This document shows positions 51,324 to 63,633 of a stretch of 64,000 bases of DNA, one piece after another. Location of the stretch: NCBI RefSeq assembly GCF_001194135.2, contig NC_068993.1, positions 28,154,599 through 28,218,598 on the forward strand, read 5' to 3'. This DNA comes from Octopus bimaculoides. Taxonomy: Eukaryota. Under the pieces are notes generated by a model. The model was not told the origin of the DNA and did not search any database. It saw only the letters and a program-made list of their open reading frames with translations. Position 1 is the stretch's first letter. The number at the start of each line of letters is the position of its first letter. The position numbers and the translations under genes are program-made.

Positions 51324-52249
51324 TACACACACATACATATATGCTATATACTATGAACTTCTTACATTTTCTGTCTACCAAATCCACGCACAAAGCTTTG
51401 TTTGGCCCAAGGCTATAGTAAAAGACATTTAAGAATAGATATACATCTAATAAATCCCAAAAATATAAATAGGCATGATGTGAATAAATCAATATCTAGA
51501 ACAAATGATTCTATAATATTAATCTATATATATATATACATTTAATAAATTTTAAGTAATAAATTATATTTAAATAAATACTCCATGAATGATTAAATTA
51601 AAACAAACATTGGAGCAAATCTTAAAGTGAAATGTACTCTTGCCATTTGAAAATAATCTAACTCCATACATGTGATACATAGTGAATCATAACCCCATTA
51701 AATATATAAAAATTAATGTAAATATAATAACCCAAACTATCAAAAGAATAAGATTAATACATCTAAATAAATAAAAATTTGTAATAAAAATTGAAATTCT
51801 CACAATTAAATAAGTAGCAGTTAAATATGTAGATTTAGATACTTACTAATATATATATATTTTATTCTTTTGGCAAATGAGTAGAGAAAGGAGTGGCAGC
51901 CAGCCTCCCCCGCAAAGAAAACAAACTAAATTTCATTAAGGATAGATAGTAGTATGACCTAATTCTTCAAGACTTCAACTGGCCATCGTCCACTGTGGTC
52001 GTAGTTTAACCTCTAGTTATTTTTAGAACAGAATCCAAAAACGCAAGTACACACTCTCACACACATATACATACTACCATTCAGTCTTTTAAGAAACCCT
52101 CCATCCATTTGAATGTAAATGAATATTTGTCAATTTTTGCCCTGAAGAGATTTTTACCTTTTAAATTCATAATGCAATTTTCATTGTAAAATATGAATGA
52201 AGGTAAAAAATTGAAACATACATAGGCAACATGAAATTGACTGTTATAT

Positions 52250-52810
52250 AAATAAATTGATTTTTCCTGTGTCCATATTCTCCATTTTCTTTATATTATA
52301 TTATTAAAAATCGTTATTGAGCTTGATCATTTCTTCGTAGTGTGTATCACAATCGCTACTTATATTCTTTGCACAATGTTTTAGGTACTGAGCAATCCCT
52401 CTCTTTACACTATGGATGGTGGAAATTGAATTTGAAATATTGTCCAGTAAAGGTCAGCTTGTGGTATACGGATGTCCTGAATTCATACTTGGTGCATGTT
52501 ATTAATACGTCCAGGAATGCCAGCTGATTGTCTTTTTCCTTTTCCATTGTAAACTGTATGGATGGCTTTATTGAGTCCACATGATCTAACAGCACTTGGA
52601 CATCTTCCTGGCGGGGCCACAAGCCATAGTGTTGGTTTTAGTGGTGTTGATCCTAAAACCAAATTCTCAAAGTATTCCATGTATATATTGGCTATTACCG
52701 GTGATAATGGCGAACCCATAGCTAAACCCTCCTCCTGTCGATATATATCAGTGTCCATACTGAAGTAGGTAGTTTCTTCACAGAAGGTCAACATTTCCAT
52801 CAAGTTTCTT
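52250..52810 (-). mobile_element. Penelope-like RT fragment
   Basis: GLAMGSPLSPVIANIYME and IQFTMEKEKDNQLAFLDVLI..SVYHK. Confidence 0.85.
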
Positions 52811-52924
52811 ATCTGTATACCAGTGTGTTCTTTATAGATGGGTGTCTGTCACTAGTTTTTCTTGTATCACCGATAGTGCTTCACCAGTTGGGACTTTGGT
52901 GAACAGGCTATATCATACAGATGT

Positions 52925-53492
52925 TATTATTCTATGGTTTCTATGGCTAGATGCCTTTCCTTCAGCCAACCACTTTACAGAGTGTGCTGGGTGCTTTTTA
53001 TGTGCCACCAGCATGAGTACATTTATGTAGCACTGGCACAAGGGCATCCTATGTGGCACTAGCATGAATGCATTTTATGTGGCACAGGTACCTGCAAAGG
53101 ACATGCCTGTATGTATGGATGTCTGTGATTTAACTTTGCTTGACATGTCTTCTCAAGGCCAGCAAATCGCCACAACTCCAGGTCCCTTTCATTTCCTCAG
53201 TGAGGCCCAGCATCTGAAGATCCTTTCTCACCACTTCATCCCACATCTTCCTAGGTCTTACCCCTTGCACAGGTTTCCTCCACAATTAGAGATCAGCACT
53301 TCTTTAAGCAGCTGTCCTCATCCATGCACATCATATGACCATACCAGCACAGTCTGCTCTCTTGCACATAACAACTGATGCCTATTATACTCAATTTTTC
53401 TCTCAAATCATTTACACTCTGTTGTATGTGCACATTGACATTATCCATCCAGTGGAGCATTCTGGTTTCATTTCTTTTAAGCCTTTGCAAGT
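52925..53492 (-). mobile_element. RTE-X-like 3' fragment bracketed by 31-bp inverted repeats
   Basis: LKRNETRMLHWM..RLCWYGH; repeats at 52893-52923 and 53493-53523. Confidence 0.7.
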
Positions 53493-53523
53493 CATCTGTA
53501 TGATAGAGCCTGTTCACCAAAGT

Positions 53524-53666
53524 GAGAACCCAGGTTCGAAATTTCCCCAAGAAGGCTGGAGGGTATATCAGCCAAAACGTTGTTTTAGCAACAAACAAGA
53601 CGAGGACAAATATCCGTTGAATGTAAATAATGTACATAATTCCTCATCTCTTAAATATAGAACTGT
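53524..53666 (+). mobile_element. 3' fragment of the 1315-1806 SINE family with deleted hammerhead core
   Basis: Colinear with 1684-1806 but lacks GACACCTGAT and has AAAA in place of GAAA. Confidence 0.85.
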
Positions 53667-54126
53667 ACACTTACTGAATAATTTTTTAAAATTATAATTG
53701 ATACGTAATTGAATAGTTAACACTCACACTCATAATGCATAGGCATTTGAATTAATTTTTTACAATCCAGCCATCCTTTCACATAGAATTTCATCTTATC
53801 TTTAAACTCTGTCTATGAAGAGTCTTATATCTAAGGAAATTGTTTATATATCAAAAACTGTATATAAGTCGAAACAAATTGTTGGAATTTTGATGTTTTG
53901 ATAATTGTTTATGTTATATTATATTCATAGTATATGGTGTTATAATATAAATAAATTATTGGATTGTCAATTGTATCTCTCTATTTATAATCTGGAACTC
54001 GACTGAGAAAAGAAAACTCTGAATGACCTGTCCTTGTTTTCTTTGTATCGTCTATCTGGATGTTTTGTCCCTTTCTTGTATCATCTTACTGTCTGGCTGT
54101 TTTCTATTCTTGTCGCATTTTGTATT

Positions 54127-54154
<28 letters not shown>

Positions 54155-54163
<9 letters not shown>

Positions 54164-54492
54164 CCCCCTTTGGTCATGACTGACCATGGGATTGCACCTA
54201 GAAAGTTACCCTCCCAGGCACAAGTCCAGGCAAGATTGTTTATGGAAGACCAGCCGTCGCCCATGCATACCGGCCTCCTCTCTTCACGCCACCAGTGTTA
54301 TCTAAGGGAAAGGCAAAGGTCGATACAGCTTGGCACCTGTGACGTCGCAACTCATTTCTACAGCTGAGTGAATTGGAGCAACGTGAAATAAAGTGTCTTG
54401 CTCAAGAACACAACACGCAGCCCTTTCTGGGATTCAAACTCACAACTTCACAATCATAAGCTCGATGCTTTATCCACTGAGCCATGCACCTT
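54155..54492 (-). mobile_element. tRNA-derived SINE (third family)
   Basis: Reverse complement has a head gaaggtgcatggctcagtgga..gtgagtttgaatccc and a tail ggtgcaatcccatggtcagtcatgaccaaagggggtc. Confidence 0.75.
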
Positions 54493-55699
54493 CACTATAT
54501 ATATATATGCTCTTGTGTGGGGTTCTTCAAATCTTTACAGAAATTCCAATGAGTTTCATGCGAGTAGATCGTAATATAAGTGTAAATGTTTGGCGAAGAA
54601 GTGTACATTATTGAAAGTTCAGTCATGTTGAGTTTTTATAAAAGAGAAAAAGGTGGAGAGAAGGAAAAATGTTTTGTTCACAAAGTCGTGTGCATAGTTT
54701 TGTTTTTTTTCAATTTCAGTCTCAGTGCACTCATCTCTTCACCTTTGTATCCTGTTGGAGTTCAAAGTGCTTTAAGTCTGAATCTTTTAGTTTTTATATA
54801 TTTTAGGGAAAAAGATACAATTTTTAGAAATGATCTAATTATAAATCTCACAGAGAGATATAAGCAGCAGTGTTACAATAAAGCAGTTGTTTACTGTCAA
54901 CTTAATGTGACAGACCCATTAAGGGAATCATACTGCTGCTATTTAGCCCTAGGAAGCTGGACCGTTTCCTGTTGGCCTTGACACATTTCCTGTGTCTTTA
55001 TATTTGTGAAGGGGCGACAAGCCTCCCCACCCAGCCTAGTCTGCATTCAGGTACATGTTTCTGAATCATTGCTCGTCATCAGCCTGAAGTAGCCGACCAG
55101 CTGGCTGAAAAAGCCTGTCTAGCCTTCACAAATATATATATATTTTCAGTGAAAACACATTCACTGGATACAATTTTTGATTGGTTATAATTTTGATGAC
55201 ATCTTATTTTTTTTCTCATGGATGTTTTGGTCAGAATATTTTTGTTTTGGCAATGTCTAGTGTTTTGGTTGGTTGGCTTCCTAGTGACGTCCATTCCTTG
55301 TTGACCATGGTTGAGGAACAAGTTCTAATTCATTATAAGTTTTGTGATATCACTTTATTTTGATCAAAAATATTTTCCATTCTGGGCAAAATATTTTAGT
55401 TTTGACAAAGTTCAGTGTTCTGCTTAATTGACTTCCTGGTAGAGACTCAGTAATATATTTTTACCTGATGGTCATCTAGCATTCTGGTTGGTTGGTTGGT
55501 TCCCTTAAGAAGTCACTACTTTTTTGTTTTCTGAGAGTCCAGTTCTAACCAGAGAAAAATTTCATTGGTTTTGTTGAGGTAACGTCAGCAAGTGGTGTTT
55601 GAGAAGATGTATGGTGTTATTGTATAGTAATTTGGAGTTAAAGTTTTGAATCCCTAAGGAAGCTTATTACTTAAGTAAGGCTTTTCAAATTATATCTGT

Positions 55700-57330
55700 T
55701 GTCTCTAGTCATTTTTCATGGAAAAATTAGGTTTTCTCTTTCTAGTGTGTTATTATAGGATATTTAGTTTACAGTTTGTATTTTTTTAATGAACATGCTT
55801 TCATAAGGAACACACTTTCAATTGGAATTGGGTTGAAGTGTTTTCAGTGCATTAAGAGGGAAAATCTGATATTTTGGATTTATGTCTGCAAGGCATTGAG
55901 CTAAGTGTTTGCTTATGGGAATTCTCCTGGTTGTGGGGTCCTGGATCTATTGCCTATGTACTGTCAGTCTGTCCCTCAAGGTCAAGCTAGTTTAATTTAT
56001 GTAGTCCGCACCACACTCATCACATTTGAGAACCTAAATTAAATTCTTCGATGCACAGGTGAAGTGATTTTTTTATGGTGAATATTTGACCTGACTTGAA
56101 CTTATATGTTGAACTTTCCATAAGGTTCATGCAAATCCTGCACTTAGGGTGGTTGCATTTTTTGAGTAGTGGGGTTGTATTTTTGGTGGGTTATTTGGCA
56201 CTGGTAAGTAACCCTTTTTAGAGATTTGGGTTGTCTTTTACTTTTAATAATTGTATGTGTTTTGGGTGCTTTTTTCATTTGTAGGTCATTCAGCAGGAGG
56301 AGTATATTCTGATGGATGATGTTATATGCTTCCATGTTCCTTGGATTGTGTGTTGACACATAAAACAAAAGTTTTAAGTGTCATGAGGTTTTCTTGTTTT
56401 TTGTTGTTGTTTATTTTGTAATTCTTGGATATCTATCATTTTTGCATGTTCTATTCCGTTTTTGATCAAACTAACCAGGTATTTTCTTTCTAGTAATAAG
56501 TTCTTGGAATCATTTATCTCAGGTTTCAGGATTTGATACAATCATGCAAATTCTTCTTACCAAGTTAAAAGGTGTATTGATTTTAGTATGTTTTGGGTGG
56601 CAGAAAGAGAATAGTAGATATGTTTTTGAGTCTGTTGGTTTAAAGTAGATATCAGTTTCAATGTTAGTATCTCTCTTTATGATTAGAATGTCCAAAAAAG
56701 GATAGCTGTTTGTGACTGTATTCCATTATAAATTGGATACTGTGGTTAATGTTGTTAATCAAGATTTTAAATTCCAAGAGTTGCTCAAGGTTATACTACC
56801 ACAGAATGAAACAGTTGTCCAGGTAGTGTTTCCAGTTGGCAAGTAAGTATTTCTGGAAGTTGTCACAAACTTTTAGTCTGGCCTGTTTGTATATTTGGAC
56901 TTCCAAGTATGCAATGACAAGGTTAGCAAAAGTAGGAGCTACCCTTGTTCCCATCACAGTCCCTGATTTTTGTTGGTAGATGTTTTTATTGAAATTGAAG
57001 AAGTTATTCTGTAGGATGAATTGTAGTTCATCAATGATGAATCCTCTTCCAATTCAGTCAGGGATGTCATTTGGGAATTTTCCCAGCCAGAATTGTATAG
57101 CTTTTATTCTGTATTCATGAGGAATCAAGGTGTTGAGGTTTATTATGTTGAGTGAGACCAAAAGAGTGTCCATGCTGGTTTTGTTCAGGAGATGGTTTAG
57201 AAAGTCCAGGTCATCTCTTATGATGCTCAGAATATGCTGGAGAATAGGTTTTAGGAATAGTTACTGAGTCTGTATGTCTCACAGGAAGGACAGGCCACAA
57301 TTGGCCTCATTTTGAGAGCTCAAATCTATT
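55700..57330 (-). mobile_element. Decayed Penelope-like element with RT and GIY-YIG endonuclease
   Basis: GTVMGTRVAPTFANL, WKHYLDNCFILW, FLDILI..DIYFKPTD and TCASKNLI.VLKCDECGADYI. Confidence 0.85.
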
Positions 57331-58299
57331 ACAAAATGTAAAAACAACTACAGGTTTTTAGATTCAGGTGCATTTTCAAATCCTTCCCCCACCAAAATAA
57401 TTTTCCTATACACGCACACACACCCACATACATATATAGATACAATGAAAGAAGAGAAATGGAATTGTTATGATGGTACTAAATATCTAAACTGTGTAGG
57501 CATTCTTTGTTGATAGGTAAGACAAGAACATGATGGAAAGAGAGGAAGGAATAGTAATGATAAAGGAGATGAGCTTGTGGTAAGGCTTGACTTGTTTTGA
57601 TATTTATGTGTGCACATGTTGAGATAAGGAGTGTAGGTCATTGGTTTGACCTTAGGCACAGCAGGTGCTTCCTTGGTGAATTTAGATGTAGGGCAAGGAA
57701 GCAAATTTTGTTTTGATGTTGCTGGTTCAAAGTTCTTAATCTGAGTTGACAGGTGATATTTACTTAAAGGGTTGTGTTAATTACTTCTTTGATGTTTCTA
57801 GTGCTTGCATGGATCCAGTGGGTTCAGCTACTATGGATTACAATGTATACTTAGTTCTGTATTATGAAACACATACTGTACTGTGCACATTGTTTTCATT
57901 GGAGACATGGATGGATGTGTTCCATTGTGTTAAAATATTCTGGTGATATAGCCTAGGAAAATAGTTCTTTTGGTTCTTTTGTTTAGTTCATTAGTCAAAG
58001 ATGATGTATAAGTGTTCAGTTTTTGCTGAACGAGCTGCACAAATGATTTGTTTATAGTGATCAAATGTAAGTGCTGCACATTAGCTCACTCCCTCCATTA
58101 AATTGACACTGTCTGTACGGGTGTACGAATGTGCCACATGTTGGATGTCGAAATGATCACAGAGCAGCTCAAGAACACAATATGCTACTTTGTCCAGGAA
58201 TCAAACCCACAGCATAGTGATCATGACTGCAACACCCAAACCACTAGGTCCTTCTGTTGTCCAGTCAGATGCTTATGCTGGTTAGTGTTTCTCTGTTCT

Positions 58300-58680
58300 A
58301 TAATGTTCCATTTGAATCCATGTAAGGATGCTTTGATCTTATGCTTGGATGATACAATTACTTCTGAATGCCTATTAATTATGTGTTCTGAATGTAATGA
58401 TCTCCTGAGTTCTATTGTATGGTCAAGCATTTCCTATTATAGACCAGTTGGTTGTATGTTCCACCCCATTCCGTTTAAGTTTCCAGATGAGGTTAGATAA
58501 TGATGTGCAGTAACTTTTGTTTTCATTGGAAGATGACATAAGATTACATAGATGATTTTTCATGGTGTCTCCGGATGCACCAATAAATACATATTTTAGT
58601 GTACCTGCCCTCACTTCACATCTGTAAATTATGTTCTTCACTATGCAATTTGCATTCATTTTTCCATCTGCATTTAGATG
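58300..58680 (-). mobile_element. GIY-YIG endonuclease fragment of a second Penelope-like lineage
   Basis: CIVKNIIYRCEV..YVFIG..TSLSNLIWKLK..NWSII and a downstream NRHSEVIVSSKHK block. Confidence 0.7.
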
Positions 58681-59109
58681 CTACAGTACCTTTTCTGGTT
58701 TGGTTGTTTTCCTGTTCCTCATCTGCATTTATGTTGTGCACATTGGTGTTTGTGTGTGTGTTTTGGTTGTTAATGGAGTTATTATTAGTGCTCATACTCC
58801 TTCTTCCTCCTGCAACTGTGTTCTTATTTTCTTCAGGTATGGATTGCACTGCCAATGGTATGGTGTTGTTTGGACTTGTTCCTGTGATGGAGGAGCATTT
58901 ATCATTCATCTTCACAACCATTCCCTCGCTGTTTATTTTGTTTTCATCTACAGTTTTCCTGTTACCCACTTCTAATTTTATTTTATTAAGTTTTATATTA
59001 TTTAAAAAAGAAGTGAAATGATTAAATGATAGGAATCCCTATGGATTTTCATGTTACAAAATGAGATGCTTCTGAGAGATATTTTTCGAAAAGGGTTAGC
59101 AATAAATTC

Positions 59110-60031
59110 TTCACACTCCACAAATTCGGTCACTTTCACCAAATGTCCTCCCTCAAACACTTGAGAATGTCACAGTAGAACTCTCAATTGACAGTCTGAA
59201 CTTGGAGTACAAATTCTCGATGCACAATACTACAGATGTCAAAAAAATGATGAGCATACTCTTGATTGAACTGCAGCTCTGTTATGCCTTCTTCAGATGT
59301 GGAGATGAAGCGCTTTTCCATTATGACAACTACTGCTTTGTCTCAGAGTCATACCCGTATACCCAACTCTCATCACTGGTGATGATCCTTGACATGAAGG
59401 ATGGGTCATCAGCAACATGCTGATGGAAATCTTGACAGACTTTGATGTGATGTTCTTTCTGCTCAGTGGTCAGCAGACAGGGGACAAACTTGGCAGAGAC
59501 ACACCGCATGTTCAATTCAGATGTTAGGATTGCCTGCGCAGATTCATACAACAGACCAACATCAGCAATGTTGTTGATTGTCCTCCAATGATCCTTATAC
59601 ACAAGCTGATGAATTTTCTCTACATTTCCAGGAATGACGGTCATGGCAGGTCTTCCAGATTGCACATCATCTTCCAGAGATGTTCTGCTTTTGAAGTGCC
59701 CATGCCACTCAAAACATTGCGTACAACCCATTGTCTCATCATTGTTAGCTTGCCAAAGCATGCTCAGTGTCTCTGTAGCAGTCTTCCCAAGTTTACACAA
59801 AATTTCATGTTGTCTCTTTGTTCCAACTTCCTGATCACATTGTATGCAGACTACAGCATACATGTGATCGCAAAAACACAAATTTCACAACTTGCAAAGT
59901 AAACACAGCGATGTCACTTAGCACACTGCCTCATGAAGGTCACCTCTAGCTCTCAGTATGCATGCAACAAGGTGCTACCATCTGTTGGCATGTTACAGAA
60001 CTAGTCCAGGAACTTTTTGATGCCACTTCAT
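59110..60031 (-). mobile_element. Decayed mariner element
   Basis: ORF LGKTATETL..SLEDDVQSGRP..VSAKFVPCLLT..IITSDESWVYGYD. Confidence 0.88.
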
Positions 60032-60044
60032 ATCTGCACATCTA

Positions 60045-60287
60045 CCACATGTAAAGACTACTTTGTTAACCTTCCAGTGATTCCACTGCACCTCTTACAT
60101 GTTCATAGCTTGCATTAGGTACACCTAATGGAATTTCTCCTAACACCTTTTCTACATATCAAGCAGGGCCATCTCCTTGAAGGGATATGTGATTTGTCTA
60201 TTTTCCTACTTACTAGGATTTTGGTCTTTGCTAAATTAATTCTAAGGCCCCTTGATTCCAGTCCATGCTTCCATACCCGAAATTTCT

Positions 60288-60344
<57 letters not shown>

Positions 60345-60600
60345 CTGTCTACATATATGTGTATATCATCATCATTTAACATCCAATTTTCCATGCTTGC
60401 TTGGTTCAAACAGAATTTGTTGCAGCAAATTTTCTCTGGCTGGATGCCCTTCCTGTTACCAATTCTCACCTGTTTCCAAGCAAGGTAATATTTTCCTTTG
60501 CCCAGACACATGTGCAAATATTTAACACTGCTTGTATGAGAATGTTACAACTATCACATGATGTCAAGACAAAGACAAAACACACACACAGCAATAACAA
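60045..60600 (-). mobile_element. RTE-X-like fragments
   Basis: Cys-rich finger region (also translated in ORF 60128) and 3' tail motif ggctggatgcccttcc. Confidence 0.65.
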
Positions 60601-62152
60601 CATCAAGTTTCTTTCAGTTCCTGTCTATCAAATCCACCCACTAGGCTTTGGTTGACCAATGGTATTACACAGTGAAACTGAACTTGGTACCAGGTAGTAG
60701 AGAATCAAGCTTTTTCCCCCCACAGCCATGCCTGCATGTGTATGTGTATGTATATGTGTGTGTACATGCGCACTTGTATTTATATGTATTTTACTATTGT
60801 TTAGGCCTAGACTGGCTCTGATTGTGTATAGTTACAATTCCATTAATACATCTTTTTCTTTTCAAAAGGACACCAGGTTATGTATTGAGGGAGATTTGCT
60901 GAGAAGAAATTGAAAATAAATTATTGCTGCTTTTTTTCATGAAAGTTTTTTAAAAATGCTATTTTAATGTTAAAAGCTAGAAAATTTTTATAGCACATTT
61001 TTCAAGTCACTCGAACATTAATATATATTTTGTAAAGTCCTAAAGTACAATTTTTAAAATCTGTGTTGTACTTAATAAGCTTTGCCATGCATTATTTAAG
61101 AACTATTATTTAAAACTGTTTAGTTTTGCTGTTCTGATTTCAAATCTTACCTAAGCCAAACTCGGGATCAATAAAATCAGAAGCTATTATTGATAAAATT
61201 GTTTAAGACTATGCAATTTCCACTTATACAAATATGGTCTGCCCGAAAAAGAAGTTATATGTGCATACATTCAGTATCATTAGTGCTCCGTAACAAATTC
61301 TGGTCATTGCAAAAAGAGCTGCCAAGAACTAAGCCAGGGAGGTAATTCTGACTTGATTCTGAAATGTCCCAAGTTTTAGTAACTATTTTTTAAAAATCAA
61401 ATCTAAAGTTGAATCAAAACAGTTATCACTGATTACTAAGTAGCTATTACTAATTACCTGTAATAAAATATTGTGACTTTGGCAAAATATTGGGAGAATG
61501 AAAATTACTCAGATATATTGTGTTATCACAAAATAACAGCAATAAACTAGAGGTGAATATAATGTGTGTGTGTGTGTGTGCCAAGTGGCTAATATAATTT
61601 ATAATTTTGGCATGGCTTTACCAAGAAGCAAATGAAAAAAAGATAAAGGTTTACAAGCAAATAAATTATTAAAATCTTTTTCAATAAAATGTTTATTAAG
61701 GTTACTTAAATTGCAGACCATGCAACCACCAAACAGTATAAAAATATATTAAGAAATATTCCAAGAGTCTTGTTTTATAATGCATATTTCCAACCAGACC
61801 TTCACAAAAATACAGATTGACTTTGGCAGAAATTACATAGTTGTAGATCTATTTGAAAAAAGAAACTAAAGGATAATTTATGAGATAAATGGACAGGTCA
61901 TTTTTTGATGTTTGAAAACATTTTGGTTATTTCTGAATTTAGTGAAACCATATCATTCTTTCCTCATTTAATAATTTATGAGACAGCTATAAACATTGCT
62001 TGCCATTGTTATATCATATCTAGGCTACTGTCAAACTCAATAAAGCCACAGCCTTCTTTCTTTAAATAATAATTTGTTTGATAACTATATGTAAGATAAT
62101 ACAATTCTATATTTCTGAAATGAGGAATTTATATTATGTATTAGTTGGAGTG

Positions 62153-62440
62153 GTGTCTTCATCTTACTTGTTGTTTTCACTACCTTTCTGCTGTGTATGC
62201 TCCAACCTTCTTCAGGTGTCTTATTATCCAATCAATACAGAGTCAACATAAGACATCAATGAAAACTGCTTACAGTCATAGTGTAGTGGATAAAAGTACT
62301 AAAATGCTATGCAGTCACCTAGAGGTTCTTAGTTCAATCCCAGGCAAGGTGCTAAGATTAATCACAAGACACCTAAAGAAAGCTGGAGTGTACACAGCCT
62401 GAACATAATGAAAGAACAATCAAGATGAGGACATCACTCT
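62153..62440. mobile_element. Older inverted pair of hammerhead-bearing termini around a tRNA-like head
   Basis: Minus arm GACAC CTGAAGA A GGTTG..CAGCA GAAA; plus arm with A-box/B-box-like head (62279-62341), a decayed motif at 62368-62410 and the shared tail aacaa.caagatgaggaca. Confidence 0.65.
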
Positions 62441-62890
62441 GACTAATATATATGTAATATGTTGTTATTGTGATAATAGAACTAGGTTCTTCTCTGGCTT
62501 AATAAACAATTTACTGGTGCATTAAGTTTTTCATTACTGTACTACAGAATATATATAGATGTTTAACCAACACTGTGTATAGACAAATAGAAACACCTTG
62601 CCTGTATATACATGGACAGAAAAAGAGAGATAAGCCAGACAAGTTTCAAACCTAAGTTAGGATATCTACCTTTCTATAGTACAGTACAGCAGTTGAAGAA
62701 AACTGGTTACACTCCAGCAATTTATTCATCAACCTAGCTGCCAGCATCACATTATATATGTAAATTGGTCTCTCCATTTCACTTAAGCCCTTAGTAATAG
62801 TAGGCTTAAATGCAGTATCTCCATGAACAATTTAAGAGGCCAATCAGTCATGGATGAAATTTCAACACAGGACTGTAACTAAGGTATTGT

Positions 62891-63633
62891 ATATCATGAC
62901 AATGTATTTACATCTGTCTACATATGCAATGATGGCTAAAAATCTACAGATGTATTCTGTAGTACAGTGTAGCATTAATAAAGAAGAAACATAATTGATA
63001 TAGGTATATAAGTGTAATTAAATACTTCCCTTGAACCTCTCCTACCCTCTCATCACTCTGTTGACCCCATTGCACACATATTCATGTTCTCTCTCTCATC
63101 CTTTTCACACTCTTAATCATCACTCAACTTCTCTTCATACTTCTAGACATGTTTGTCTTGGTAAAACACAGACAACATGGAGAAGACCTCTTAGTCTTGC
63201 AGAAGAGAAGGCAATTTCTAGAGTATTGGTGCCATGATAAAATGCTCCCAATGCACTCTGTAAAGTGGTTGGTGTTAGGAATGACATCTGGCCATAGTAT
63301 ACATGCCAAAAATGGAACATACAAGTAAGGTATGATCCTCTGATCCATCTAAGAAGGAAGTAACTTTGAATAAGAACTGACTTGAACTCTAACAAACTAT
63401 CCAGTCCATACCAGCATGGAAAACAGATGTATATGATGGGGTGGCAGTGATTGCTGCTGCTTTCTTCAGAAACAGAGGGTAGGAGAGGTTCAAGGGAAAT
63501 ATTTAATTATACCTGTATACCTTTATCAATTATATTTCTTCTTTATTAATGCTACACTGTACTACGGAATAAATCTGTAGATATTTAGTCATCATTGCAT
63601 ATGTAGACAGATGTAAACACATTGTCATGATAT
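62891..63633. repeat. Foldback element with 160-bp inverted arms
   Basis: 62891-63050 matches the reverse complement of 63474-63633; an RTE-X-like tail lies in the spacer. Confidence 0.8.

Noticed and set aside
52342-52527. ORF with HYGWWKL resembling the SH3 WW motif
   Set aside because: It is the antisense of a Penelope-like RT, with no splice sites or downstream P.NY motif.
61141-61370. Minus-strand acceptor/donor pair suggesting a nested antisense exon
   Set aside because: Stops in all three frames and no recognisable protein similarity.
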